From Myxococcales bacterium (GTDB lineage Bacteria; Myxococcota_C; UBA6777): DNA of 64,000 bases. This document shows positions 9,498-19,191 of the stretch, piece after piece (position 1 is the first letter of the stretch; each line of letters starts with the position of its first letter). The notes under the pieces were generated by a model. It saw only the letters and a list, made by a program, of their open reading frames with translations, ran no database searches and was not told where the DNA came from. The position numbers and the translations under genes were made by a program. The stretch spans positions 82,852 through 146,851 of the forward strand of contig JACKEL010000012.1 in assembly GCA_020632975.1 (NCBI GenBank). The letters run 5' to 3'.

Positions 9498-10124
9498 ATG
9501 GGTGTTTTTTCTGGGAATATCTCTTATCGCCGTTATTTTGTCGAAGGTGAGTTGCCACCTCAGATGCGCGAAACATTCCTTGACCGCGTACAGATGCACA
9601 CTGTACCTGCCTTGGATATCGAAAGTGAAGAAGAACAGGCCCATGGTTGGGCCACCATGCAAAGTGTCCTTGATACCGAGTTCACGATGGAAAAATTGTT
9701 CTTCAACGAATATGTGCTCTTTTCCTTTCGTGTGGACGCATGGAAACTCCCCAATAGCCTCGTGAAAGCCTACGCTATCGAAGAAGAACGCAACCTTCTC
9801 GCAGACGAAGGCCGCGAAGCACTCTCGCGTAAAGAGCGTTCGACACTTCGAGAAGAAGTCCGCCTACGCCTAAAACGCCAACTTCTCCCTACCATCGCTA
9901 CCTACGATATCTGTTGGCACCCTGACCAAGGCATCCTTCGCTTTTGGAATCACTCCAACCGTATCAATGAGATGTTTATTGAGCTCTTTGAAAAGACCTT
10001 TGGCCTGAATCTTGTGCTTCAGTCACCCTTTACACTGGCGCAGCACACAGGACTTGAGGAGGAGGCGCTCCAAAAGATGCTCGCGCTCGAACCCCTACTT
10101 TTCTCGCACAACGTACACGAATAG
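9498..10124 (+). CDS. RdgC-like recombination-associated protein, N-terminal-type portion
   Basis: By-eye resemblance to the RdgC N-terminal two thirds: GNISYRRY..., HGW, KLPNSLVKAY, SRKERSTLREEV...LLP...W....G.L. Not verified by search. Confidence 0.5.
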   Translation: MGVFSGNISYRRYFVEGELPPQMRETFLDRVQMHTVPALDIESEEEQAHGWATMQSVLDTEFTMEKLFFNEYVLFSFRVDAWKLPNSLVKAYAIEEERNLLADEGREALSRKERSTLREEVRLRLKRQLLPTIATYDICWHPDQGILRFWNHSNRINEMFIELFEKTFGLNLVLQSPFTLAQHTGLEEEALQKMLALEPLLFSHNVHE

Positions 10125-10135
10125 GAGCAGACACC

Positions 10136-10666
10136 ATGGATCGCCTCCTTGCTATCGAACAAACCCGTTTCTTGGGCCGCGAGTTCTTGCTTTGGCTGTG
10201 GTTTTCTTCCGAAGAACAAAACAGCACCCTCACGCTCAATGATGGAACAGAGATCGAACTGTTTCTCGACGATCGTATCGTCATGGAACCCGTTCACGGC
10301 GAAGGCAACCGCCACCAACTCAGTGGACAAGATCCCGCCACTTCGCCCGAAGCTGCTGTCGCACTTCGTATGAACAAGATCCCGACCGAAGTGAAGATGA
10401 AGATCGTTCGACAAGCCCAAGCATGGGCCTTTTCGCTGCGTGGCGATGATCTTCAGATCCGTTCTCTGAAGATCCCTGACGTTCTCTCTGATGGTGGAGA
10501 CGAAAAAGTCGCAGAGCGCATCTTCCTGATGGAAGAAGTCGAAACCATGCTCGGCGCACTGTGGCGCTCCTTTCTCCTCGAAAGAACCGGGGAGGATTGG
10601 AGCCAGCGACTCCGAGAGATCCAAGCTTGGATCGACGAAAAGTTCCACGCAACACCCATCTCCTAA
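10136..10666 (+). CDS. Hypothetical protein, possibly an RdgC C-terminal-type portion
   Basis: AGGAG lies 8 nt upstream of the ATG. The gene starts 11 nt after the upstream stop, in a different frame. The pattern FLLWLW...LFLDD...KMKIVRQAQAWAFSLRGDDLQIRSLK...ERIFLMEEVE loosely parallels the RdgC C-terminus. Confidence 0.4.
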   Translation: MDRLLAIEQTRFLGREFLLWLWFSSEEQNSTLTLNDGTEIELFLDDRIVMEPVHGEGNRHQLSGQDPATSPEAAVALRMNKIPTEVKMKIVRQAQAWAFSLRGDDLQIRSLKIPDVLSDGGDEKVAERIFLMEEVETMLGALWRSFLLERTGEDWSQRLREIQAWIDEKFHATPIS

Positions 10667-10880
10667 TCTCCTCCCGTTTCTCCCCCATACCTTTCTTACA
10701 AGATACCCCTCTTTTCTTCCCAAACCCTTTCTTTCGGTCTGATCAGCTTCGGGCTTTTTGAGAAAGACGGCGTACTTTTTCTCTCGATTTCTGTTTGAAT
10801 GTTGATTTTTCAAAAGAAATAGTCTTTTCGTGAGGATATCACGCCTCTCTTCGACGAACTTCTTGTACATTTTTTTTACA

Positions 10881-10946
10881 AGAGTTTACTCGATGTAACG
10901 TAAAGTAAACACCGTGATTACTTTTACGTTACATCGAGTAAACTCT
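10881..10946. repeat. Near-perfect 28/29-bp inverted repeat (long hairpin) in an AT-rich intergenic region
   Basis: Left arm is agagtttactcgatgtaacgtaaagtaa (10881-10908). The loop is 9 nt. Right arm is ttacttttacgttacatcgagtaaactct (10918-10946). There is a single 1-nt bulge and no flanking T-run. Confidence 0.9.
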
Positions 10947-11252
10947 TTGATAAAGAAAGAGAAAACACTCGACAGGGAATTTACATTCTTAGGAGGCTGT
11001 AAGAATAGTTCTTTGGTTGTGGAAAAGAAGAAGAGGTACAGATCTCTCTTGAAGATACGTCTTCGTGGAGGAAAAAAGGAAGGAAAAAAGTCTGATAGCA
11101 CTTTTTTTTTTATCGCTGATCGCCCTCGACTCTTTCTCAAAAAGAGGTTCAGACTTCTCCTTACGAGTGTCAGTCTACTCTCGAAAAGTGAAACAGAGAC
11201 CTTTTTGATGTGAAGATGCCGTCGCAAATTTGATATTCCCTAGGTTTATCGC

Positions 11253-11279
11253 TTGACATGGCATGAAACGTGTTATAAA
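11253..11279 (+). promoter_or_regulatory. Candidate sigma-70 promoter upstream of the response regulator
   Basis: TTGACA (11253-11258), 15-nt spacer, TATAAA (11274-11279). The spacer is short, so this is tentative. Confidence 0.3.
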
Positions 11280-11387
11280 AGTTTTTTTGAGGCTTTCAAG
11301 TGTGTAAGCATACTTCTGATCTGATATAAGAAGAAGAGTCTCTTTATAGATTCGTATCCTCTTGTTGGCATAAGAAAGGAGAACAAC

Positions 11388-12080
11388 ATGGCGGATAAAG
11401 CAGCAAAGAAGAAGTTTCGCGTCGTTCTTGTGGACGACCATACCTTGGTTCGCGAAGCACTGGCGAGCGTTTTGGATAACGAGAAAGATATCCAAGTTGT
11501 CGCGTTGGGTGGTTCGGGTGCAGAAGCGCAAGCATTGGTGGAAAAACACAAGCCAGACGTGTTGGTCATGGATATCGAACTTCCCGATCAAAACGGTTTG
11601 GTGGTGGGTCGCGATCTTCTTCTCGAAAATCCCAAGCTGAATGTGATCTTTTTGACCATGCATCACCACGAAGAGTATGCGCTCCGCGGTTTGCGTGCAG
11701 GTGCGCAGGGTTACTTGCTCAAGAACTCTTCTTCCCAAGAGTTGGTGGATTCGGTTCGCTCGGTTGCTTCGGGCGGTACCTACATCACGCGTGAGATCAG
11801 TGACCGTATCGCACGTCACGTCGCGCGTAACGGTGGTCAGCACGCTTTCACGCAGCTTTCTGAGCGTGAGTTCCAAGTCCTTCGCGGTTTGGCCATGGGC
11901 AAAAGCTGCAAAGAATTGGCAGAAGAGTTCGCTCTTTCGGTCAAGACCATCTACACCTACCGCACGCGTTTGCTTGAGAAGTTGGATCTGAAAAATGACA
12001 TCGATCTGCTTCGCTACGTCTTGCGTCACAACTTGCTTGCTGGCGAAGATGAGCCCATGCCCTTGACTTCTGCTGAATAA
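11388..12080 (+). CDS. NarL/LuxR-family two-component response regulator (REC + LuxR HTH)
   Basis: AAGGAG precedes the ATG. REC motifs: VVLVDDH, DVLVMDIELPDQNG, VIFLTMH. LuxR HTH: LSEREFQVLRGLAMGKSCKELAEEFALSVKTIYTYRTRLLEKL. Confidence 0.9.
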   Translation: MADKAAKKKFRVVLVDDHTLVREALASVLDNEKDIQVVALGGSGAEAQALVEKHKPDVLVMDIELPDQNGLVVGRDLLLENPKLNVIFLTMHHHEEYALRGLRAGAQGYLLKNSSSQELVDSVRSVASGGTYITREISDRIARHVARNGGQHAFTQLSEREFQVLRGLAMGKSCKELAEEFALSVKTIYTYRTRLLEKLDLKNDIDLLRYVLRHNLLAGEDEPMPLTSAE

Positions 12081-12108
12081 TCAAGCAGGGCATCTTGTCA
12101 CGCTGAAG

Positions 12109-12140
12109 AGGCGGCCTTTTTTGGAGGGTCGCCTTTTTTG
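12109..12140 (+). terminator. Intrinsic terminator built from a REP-like stem
   Basis: aggcggcc (12109-12116) pairs with ggtcgcct (12127-12134), including one G-U pair. A tttttgtttt tract follows. It lies 29 nt after the response-regulator stop. Confidence 0.6.
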
Positions 12141-12425
12141 TTTTGGGGGTGGATACCCAGCGTTTCATCAATGTGTAGTTTGGTTGTCGAGAGGGGGGAA
12201 GTGAAACATCGCGAGATGGACGTGTTCTGGAAATGTCTTTCTATATCAAGTTTTTTGTATTTTCTTGGAAAGTTGGCATACTTCGTGATATAAGTGCGAG
12301 CAACCTCACGGAATGAGCAACGTGCAAGGAAGCACGAACGACATAGATAGGATATCGCCGTGGCAAGCCCAGGAAGGGCGACAAAACGGCAAGGAACTGA
12401 AGAATTAGACCACGGATGGTCAAAC

Positions 12426-12463
12426 AAAAAGGTCATCTCTCAGCTTAGAGAGATGGCCTTTTT
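12426..12463 (-). terminator. Bidirectional intrinsic terminator downstream of the SpoIID-domain gene
   Basis: ggtcatctctc (12431-12441) pairs with gagagatggcc (12448-12458). An A-run lies on one side and a T-run on the other. Confidence 0.65.
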
Positions 12464-12531
12464 GCGTTGTTGGGGGTCTTGTCTGGGGATTTGTCAAAGG
12501 CGATGTCGAAAGAAGCGTGGGGGCAGGCGGA

Positions 12532-14913
12532 TTAGGCGTGGCGTCGGCGAAGGAAAAAGAGCAAGGTCAACAGCCAAAACAAAGGCATGGTGGGGGGGAT
12601 CTGCGAAGACTGGCAAGTACAGCCCGCACCCGTAGGGGTGATCTGAGGCTTGCAAGCGGGGTCTTGTTTGCAGTCAGCATCGTTGCATCGTTGGTTGCAT
12701 GGTGTTGCAGATGGTTGCGGCCAGCAAGCGCTGTTTTGGACGCATTGGTAACCACTGGGGCAAGCTGTGTTGTTGGTGCAGTTTTGCGAGCAGCGTGACT
12801 CACTGCCCACTTGTACGCAAAGGTCGCTTTGGCAGTCGCCGTGGTTTTGGCAGGACTCCCCAAGAGCTTTTTTAGAAGCTGAGCAGGGTAGGTCTTTCCC
12901 ATCGCAGTCTTCGTCGATGTTGTTGCCGCAGATCTCTGTGGCGCCAGGGTGGACGTTGGGATCGTTGTCGTTGCAGTCCGGGCCCTTGCAACCGCTGCCT
13001 ACGCCGTATCCATCGCCATCTTTGTCTTCGCAAGTCGCGCTGCAAGGGCGGTCGCCTCCCGCGCAGTCTTCGTCGATGCCATTGCCGCAGATGTCGGGTG
13101 CGCCAGGGTAGATGTCTTTGTTGTTGTCGTCACAATCGAATGGCTCGGGACATCCGGCTTTTTGCGCAAAGTATCCGTCTTGGTCTTTGTCTTCGCAAGC
13201 GGGGGGGCAAGCAAGATCGCCGTCTTTGCAGTCTTCATCGACACCGTTACCACAGATCTCCCGCGCGCCAGGATGGATCTTGGGGTCGTTATCGTTGCAG
13301 TCAGGGCCTTTACAGTCTTTCCCCACACCATACCCATCGCCGTCTTTGTCCACACAGTCGATCTTGGGTTCGACTTTGAGTTCTACGGTCAGTGCGGGAC
13401 CAAAGCGTGTTCCGCTGACTTCGATCTTCCATGTGCTTTTGTAAGTGCCCGCAGTCGCGGGGGCAGTGAAGCTTCCTTGGAAAGCCTTGGTTTGTCCGGG
13501 CTTGATCTGATCTGCGGAACCCAACTCGATGCGAGAAAGGCCGAGGTCATCGCCTCCTGTGCGTACAAGAGCGTAGCCACCCCCGCGAGACCAAGTCGTT
13601 GTTCCTGTATTTTCGAGGGTCCAGGTTTTTTTGGCTGTATCGCCTGTTGCCACGGTGATGGGGTTGGCGGTCTCTTGGGTGAGTTTTGCGTCATCGACGG
13701 GAGCGGCCGCAAGGTTCGCGATATCCGAACCTGTGTAATAGTGTTTGACGATCTGGATGTAGGTCTTTCCACACTTGCCCATGGCTTGGGCGCCTCGCTG
13801 ACAAAGACCGACGCGGTGACCATAGACACCCCAACAGGTACTGTTGCTTGGCTGTCCTTTGCAGATTACGCTACACGAATCGACCTTGTTCTCGATGCAA
13901 TCGACCGATTGGAGATAAGGAAGGGCCGTGGAAGACCAACCCGCGTCTTTGTTGCTGCGGGTGCTTCCTCCGCAACTTGCGGCGAAGTAACCGCCCACCA
14001 AAGATGTCCCATACACCGCGACTTGCGAACGTGTTTCATCGACCGCCCGTGTGGTGGATGTGTACTGTGTGGTTCCCCAGACTTGGCACTTGGTGGTGAT
14101 GCAGATGGATCTTTTTCCGCCTTGGGTGTAGTTGACGGTGTAGCTTCTGGCCGCGATGGCTTGGGCTTTTTGGGCCTCCAAAGGAAAAGAGGAGCCGATC
14201 TCTTTGGGCAACACGCCTCTTAGGTACTCTTCGAGCGCAAGCTTCATCTTGCCGTTGGGAGGGAGCGATGTGCCGCCGACTTGGTAGGTCGTGGTCGTGT
14301 TGTTTTCGATCTCAATCGTTGCAGGGACGGGGTATGTGGGCGCAAAAGGGATCGGGTCACCTTCGCGGGGGATCTCCATGGGAGGAGGTTGTTCTTGGTG
14401 CCGATGCTGGAGGGTTTCAGGCGCCCGAATCAGACGATCCGCTTCCACTAGGCGAGCCATCGGGGGCATCGCGACGAGCACTTGATGGTGATGCTTCGGG
14501 GAGAGATAAGCCTGTGTTGTCCCCATATAACCGGGAGCTTCCACGCGGATGGAGTAGCTTGTTCGGTTGGGTGGTGTCAGAAGAAAGCGGCCTGTTTGGT
14601 CGGTCAGACCGATGCGGGCGACGCCTTCGATGAAAAGGCGCGCCCCTGCGATGGGTTGGCGCGTAAGGATATCGATGACTTGTACGCTCGTGGCTATGGG
14701 AGAAAGCGACGATTGGGGGAGCGTTTCTAAGGGGGGTGAGGGTTGGAACTGTGGCGTCCCAGCGCTCAGGAGGAGCGCAAAACAAGCGCCCGCCAACCAA
14801 AGAAGGCGGTTTATCTGACGAGATCTTTTGTGCATCGCGATACTTCCTTTTATCTCGGGAGGTTTGATCCTCACCATCCTATCGAGATGATGCTTCTCTT
14901 TGAGGGAGGACAT
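12532..14913 (-). CDS. Exported multidomain protein: CarboxypepD_reg-like + SpoIID/LytB + Ig/NBR1-like + 3 MopE-like metal-binding repeats + MYXO-CTERM-like tail
   Basis: Signal/TM segment LLWLAGACFALLL. SpoIID motifs AQAIAARSYTVNY and CITTKCQVWG. Three repeats of D(K)DGDGYG..DC.GPDCNDNDP.IHPGA.EICGNG.DEDC. The C-terminus is GAGCTCQSS + hydrophobic helix + RRRHA. Confidence 0.85.
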   Translation of the reverse strand: MSSLKEKHHLDRMVRIKPPEIKGSIAMHKRSRQINRLLWLAGACFALLLSAGTPQFQPSPPLETLPQSSLSPIATSVQVIDILTRQPIAGARLFIEGVARIGLTDQTGRFLLTPPNRTSYSIRVEAPGYMGTTQAYLSPKHHHQVLVAMPPMARLVEADRLIRAPETLQHRHQEQPPPMEIPREGDPIPFAPTYPVPATIEIENNTTTTYQVGGTSLPPNGKMKLALEEYLRGVLPKEIGSSFPLEAQKAQAIAARSYTVNYTQGGKRSICITTKCQVWGTTQYTSTTRAVDETRSQVAVYGTSLVGGYFAASCGGSTRSNKDAGWSSTALPYLQSVDCIENKVDSCSVICKGQPSNSTCWGVYGHRVGLCQRGAQAMGKCGKTYIQIVKHYYTGSDIANLAAAPVDDAKLTQETANPITVATGDTAKKTWTLENTGTTTWSRGGGYALVRTGGDDLGLSRIELGSADQIKPGQTKAFQGSFTAPATAGTYKSTWKIEVSGTRFGPALTVELKVEPKIDCVDKDGDGYGVGKDCKGPDCNDNDPKIHPGAREICGNGVDEDCKDGDLACPPACEDKDQDGYFAQKAGCPEPFDCDDNNKDIYPGAPDICGNGIDEDCAGGDRPCSATCEDKDGDGYGVGSGCKGPDCNDNDPNVHPGATEICGNNIDEDCDGKDLPCSASKKALGESCQNHGDCQSDLCVQVGSESRCSQNCTNNTACPSGYQCVQNSACWPQPSATPCNQRCNDADCKQDPACKPQITPTGAGCTCQSSQIPPTMPLFWLLTLLFFLRRRHA

Positions 14914-15221
14914 CTAAAGATGCAACCTCCCAAGATTTCTTTCTTTTTTGTGTTATACCACGATCTCCTCCGCGGATGGGTAGCTTTTTCTTGGAAGCAC
15001 GTTGTTTGAAGAAAGCGACCTTGCGAGGGAACATTTGTTTTGGGAGGGTGACTGTTTCCGCGAAGAAGCCGCTTGGGGGAACGGGTATTTTTTAGAAAAA
15101 AAAGAAAAAATAGATCCGAAAAAAACTCTATTCGTTGAAGAAAAAACCTTTCTATTTAAAGAATAGCGTTCCTTGTCCATTGATTTTTTCATAGACAAAA
15201 GATTTACGATGGGGTTTTACG

Positions 15222-15911
15222 ATGAAAAAAAGGTCATTGGTTTTTTTGTTTTTGTGGATAGGATTCCTCTTGCCGCATGGGTGGGCAGAAGCTTTCGACC
15301 TAGATTCCAAGTGGCCAAAAGATCCGAACCATCGAGTCCTTTCTTTTTCAGATACCGCTGCGATGTCGAGCTGTCCGGGCGAATCGCTTCTTTTTTTGGG
15401 GGACGGTCGTGTGCTTGTTTCTGACAATCGGAGTTGGTGCCAGCGCACGAATCACAAAGTAATGTCCGCGACCTACGAGCTTCGGTTTCCTGTGGCTCTA
15501 TTGAAAAAGCTTGTTCACAAGATCCTGGTTGAAAAAAGTTTTTTCTCTATCACTTCACAGGATATCCGCAAAGCGGTCTCTCATCGCGTCGCAGACGGTC
15601 ACGCGAGGCGGTTGGCCATCTCTTTGGTTGGTGTGAAACACAATGTCTACACAAACAACCTCTCACCGAGGGCTTATAAGAGGACGCCTAAAGTGTTGGA
15701 TATGTTGGTGATTTATAAAGTGCTGGAAAGGCTTCATCAGCATGTCGTTCGTGCGTGTCGCCGAGGAGAAAGAGCTTGCCAGCGCTGTCTTTATCGACGA
15801 ACAAACAAAGATAACGCGTCTCTCTTTGATCGAAAAAGCTGGAAGAAGCGTTGTTCTCGGGTGGGGCGTCAGAGAGACAATGCGAGACGCTATAAAAAGC
15901 GAGGTCTCTGA
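15222..15911 (+). CDS. Hypothetical secreted protein with basic C-terminus
   Basis: The signal peptide is MKKRSLVFLFLWIGFLLPHGWAEA. No domain was recognised. Confidence 0.55.
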   Translation: MKKRSLVFLFLWIGFLLPHGWAEAFDLDSKWPKDPNHRVLSFSDTAAMSSCPGESLLFLGDGRVLVSDNRSWCQRTNHKVMSATYELRFPVALLKKLVHKILVEKSFFSITSQDIRKAVSHRVADGHARRLAISLVGVKHNVYTNNLSPRAYKRTPKVLDMLVIYKVLERLHQHVVRACRRGERACQRCLYRRTNKDNASLFDRKSWKKRCSRVGRQRDNARRYKKRGL

Positions 15912-15914
15912 GGA

Positions 15915-16550
15915 TCAGTGATTGCGTAAGAAGAGAGCTTGTTGGTGGTGGGCAGGGCGTTCGAGTTCTTGGAGAAGCCACGTCGCGATGGCATGGCGAG
16001 AGATTTGAGAGAGCAATCCCACCCGTATATCGGGCCCTACCGTGATCTGTGAAGGGGACTTGTCTGTGAGTCGTGGGGGCTTTAGCAAGAGCCAGTCGAG
16101 GGAGCTTTGTCGGATGCGTTCTTCTTGTTGCAGTCGATCTTGTGCAGCTTCGGGGGCTGAGCGCTTCCACATCTTTTCCATCCACCGCATGGGTAGGGTA
16201 CGATTGGCGTTGTAGCGGGGTCCTCCAATCATGGCACCAGTCTGACAGTAAAAACGCGAGACGCCTTTTCGTTGTGCTGCGGCGATGATCTGCGCGGTGG
16301 CTTGGGCACAAAAGGCTTCTTTGTAGGGTGGGCGAGGTCCAAGAAAGCAGAGGATCGCATCGGTCCCATCGACGACTTGGTCGATGGCTTGGGCATCTTG
16401 AAAGTCACCATGGATGACTTTGAGATGGGGATGCGCCATGGAAAAAGAGCTTTGGGGGCGCACAAAAGCGTGGATGGTATGTTGTTGTAAAGCGTGTTGG
16501 AGGAAGCACATCCCAGTTGCACCACTTGCGCCGAAAACCGCGAGTTTCAT
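15915..16550 (-). CDS. NAD(P)H-binding, NmrA/atypical-SDR-like oxidoreductase
   Basis: MKLAVFGASGATGMCFLQHAL is a Rossmann GxxGxxG motif. I start at the internal ATG (16548-16550). Confidence 0.8.
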   Translation of the reverse strand: MKLAVFGASGATGMCFLQHALQQHTIHAFVRPQSSFSMAHPHLKVIHGDFQDAQAIDQVVDGTDAILCFLGPRPPYKEAFCAQATAQIIAAAQRKGVSRFYCQTGAMIGGPRYNANRTLPMRWMEKMWKRSAPEAAQDRLQQEERIRQSSLDWLLLKPPRLTDKSPSQITVGPDIRVGLLSQISRHAIATWLLQELERPAHHQQALFLRNH

Positions 16551-16697
16551 CGAGTTCTCTCCATACGAAGATCGCATCCCACCAAAGAAGATGGAACACG
16601 GGTATCTTGGAAAAGGCGTGCGGAAAGACCCCCGTGTATCGGGGATCTTGCGTCTTATGTGTGGGGATGATGTAGAGAAGAGAGATGAGGGGAAAGA

Positions 16698-18971
16698 TTA
16701 GGAAGCAGCGTTGGCTTTGCGGAGGATGTTGAGTGCGGAGCCAGCTTTGAACCACTCGATTTGCTCAGCATCCATGGAGTGCTTGAGTTCGACTTCGTCT
16801 GTGGAGCCATCGGGATGGGTGATGGTCGCTTTCACAGTGCTGCCGGGAGCGAGTGTATCGAGACCGTGGATGCTCACGCGATCTTTGACATCCGTGATCT
16901 TTTCGTAGTCGCTGGAGTTTACGAAGGTCAAGGGAAGAACGCCTTGCTTCTTGAGGTTGGTTTCAGCGATACGAGCGAACGAACGAGCGATCGCTGCGCT
17001 GATACCGAGGAAGCGGGGGGAGAGAGCAGCGTGCTCACGGGAAGAACCTTCACCGTAGTTTTCGTCGCCGATCATCACCCAACCTTGGCCGCGTGCTTTG
17101 TAGTCACGAGCGATGGTTGCGAGGGTTGCTTCTTCGCCAGTGAAGACGTTGATACCGTGTCCAACTTTCTCAGAGAAGACGTTGGTTGCACCAAGGCAGA
17201 AGTTATCGCTGATCTTGTCGAGGTGACCGCGATATTTGAGCCAGGGACCAGCGGGGGAGATGTGGTCGGTGGTGAGTTTGCCTTTGGCTTTGAGGATCAC
17301 AACTTGATCAACAAAGTCTTTGCCATCCCACTCGTTGAAGGGAGCGAGGAGTTGGAGGCGTTCGCTGGTGGGGGAAACCGCGACAGTGACGGCGCTTCCG
17401 TCAGCTGCGGGTGCTTCGTAACCAGCGTCTTCGGTGGTGAAACCTTGTGCGGGAAGTTCTTCACCAACGGGGGGTTGGAATTTGAATTCTGTCCCGGGGA
17501 TGTTGTCTGTCACAGGGTTGAAGGTCATGGAGCCAGCAAACGCCATCGCGGTGACGAGTTCGGGGCTACCGATGAATGCGTAAGTTTGGGGGTTACCGTC
17601 GTTACGCGCGCTGAAGTTACGGTTGAAGGAAGTGATGATCGAGTTGCGATCACCTTTCTTCACATCTTGGCGATCCCACTGGCCGATACAGGGACCACAA
17701 GCGTTGGCGAGAACCTTACCACCGACAGCGGTGAGGGTTTCGAGCTGGCCATCGCGCTTGATGGTGTCATGGACTTGGTTGGAGCCGGGGGTGATCAAGA
17801 AGAAGCTCTTGACTTGGAGTCCAGCTTCTTGTGCTTGTTTCGCCAAGTGTGCGGAGCGGCTGATGTCTTCGTAAGAAGAGTTGGTGCAGCTACCGATGAG
17901 TGCGGCTTTCAAGTCTGTGGGGTAGTCTTCTTTGGCGACGTCTGCAGCCATCTGGGAGATGGGGCGTGCAAGGTCGGGAGTGAAGGGGCCTACCACGTAG
18001 GGCTCAAGTTCAGAGAGGTTGATGTCGATGATGCGGTCGAAGTATTTGTCGGGATCTGCTTCGACTTCAGCGTCAGCAACGAGAAGTTCTTGGTACTGAT
18101 CAGCAAGATCAGCGAGATCAGCACGGCTGGTCGCACGGAGGTAACCAGCACTGCGATCGTCGTAGGGGAAGATCGAGGTGGTTGCGCCAACTTCAGCACC
18201 CATGTTGGTGATGGTGGCTTTACCCGTTCCGCTGATGGACTTGGTGCCAGGGCCGAAGTATTCGACGATGTGGTTGGTTCCACCCTTAACGGTGAGGATA
18301 CCAGCGAGTTTGAGGATGACATCTTTGGGAGATGCCCAGCCATTGAGTTCGCCAGTCAAACGCACGCCGATCAATTTGGGCATACGGACGGTCCAGTCGA
18401 GGCCAGACATGACTTCGGATGCATCCGCGCCACCGACACCGATCGCGATCATACCCATACCACCCGCGTTGGGAGTGTGGGAGTCGGTACCGATCATCAT
18501 ACCGCCGGGGAATGCGTAGTTTTCGAGCACAACTTGGTGGATGATCCCTGCGCCGGGTTTCCAGAAGCCCATGCCGTATTTGTTCGAGGTCGAACGAAGG
18601 AAGTCATACACTTCTTTGTTGACGTCTTTTGCGCTTGCGAGGTCGAGGTCCACGCCTTCACGAGCACGGATCAAGTGATCGCAGTGAACGGTGGTGGGGA
18701 CGGCGACTTGGGGGCGTCCTGCGAGCATGAATTGAAGGATAGCCATCTGCGCGGTGGCGTCTTGGAGAGCAACGCGGTCTGGGTTGAGCAGAACGGTAGC
18801 TTTTCCGCGGGTCAGGTCTTGGTTTTCGGGGTCCGCCATGTGGCTGAAAAGGATCTTTTCAGCGAGCGTCAAACCACGGCCAAGACGGCGACGACCGATC
18901 TCAGTGGTTTGCTTCATTTTGTCATAGAGTTTTTTGACGCTAGCGGCTTGGCTTTCAATCTTCTGGCTCAT
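16698..18971 (-). CDS. Aconitate hydratase (about 757 aa, mitochondrial-type length)
   Basis: Motifs: [51 protein letters not shown], and [14 protein letters not shown] at the C-terminal end. GGAG precedes the ATG. Confidence 0.95.
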   Translation of the reverse strand: MSQKIESQAASVKKLYDKMKQTTEIGRRRLGRGLTLAEKILFSHMADPENQDLTRGKATVLLNPDRVALQDATAQMAILQFMLAGRPQVAVPTTVHCDHLIRAREGVDLDLASAKDVNKEVYDFLRSTSNKYGMGFWKPGAGIIHQVVLENYAFPGGMMIGTDSHTPNAGGMGMIAIGVGGADASEVMSGLDWTVRMPKLIGVRLTGELNGWASPKDVILKLAGILTVKGGTNHIVEYFGPGTKSISGTGKATITNMGAEVGATTSIFPYDDRSAGYLRATSRADLADLADQYQELLVADAEVEADPDKYFDRIIDINLSELEPYVVGPFTPDLARPISQMAADVAKEDYPTDLKAALIGSCTNSSYEDISRSAHLAKQAQEAGLQVKSFFLITPGSNQVHDTIKRDGQLETLTAVGGKVLANACGPCIGQWDRQDVKKGDRNSIITSFNRNFSARNDGNPQTYAFIGSPELVTAMAFAGSMTFNPVTDNIPGTEFKFQPPVGEELPAQGFTTEDAGYEAPAADGSAVTVAVSPTSERLQLLAPFNEWDGKDFVDQVVILKAKGKLTTDHISPAGPWLKYRGHLDKISDNFCLGATNVFSEKVGHGINVFTGEEATLATIARDYKARGQGWVMIGDENYGEGSSREHAALSPRFLGISAAIARSFARIAETNLKKQGVLPLTFVNSSDYEKITDVKDRVSIHGLDTLAPGSTVKATITHPDGSTDEVELKHSMDAEQIEWFKAGSALNILRKANAAS

Positions 18972-19191
18972 GCTCTCTCCTTCAAATTCTAGATGCAGTG
19001 GCCATATGCTCGCCCATAGTCTAATGAGCGCGTTCCTATTCTTTTTCTCGCCTTGTCGTGGGATAGGCGGGAGAAGTCTCTATTGAGCGCGAAAACTCTT
19101 ACCGAATATGGGGGCACACGTCAAGGTCTCTTTTCAAGTTGTGCTACCACACAAGCTCTGAAAAGGCATCTTTGGGGCGGATGTTGTGAGG

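Noticed and set aside
10019-12029. Minus-strand ORFs 10019..10870 (283 aa) and 11175..12029 (284 aa)
   Set aside because: They are antisense to the RdgC-like ORFs and to the response regulator respectively. The plus-strand genes have SD sequences and clear motifs.
12271-12290. Sigma-54 promoter (TGGCAT...)
   Set aside because: The TGGCAT is present, but the -12 element (TTGC) is not present at the required spacing.
12949-14223. 424-aa plus-strand ORF
   Set aside because: It is antisense to the SpoIID/MopE-repeat gene.
16761-18992. 743-aa plus-strand ORF
   Set aside because: It is exactly antisense to the aconitase gene, which has unambiguous motifs. Its translation is Gly/Val/Asp-rich low-complexity sequence.
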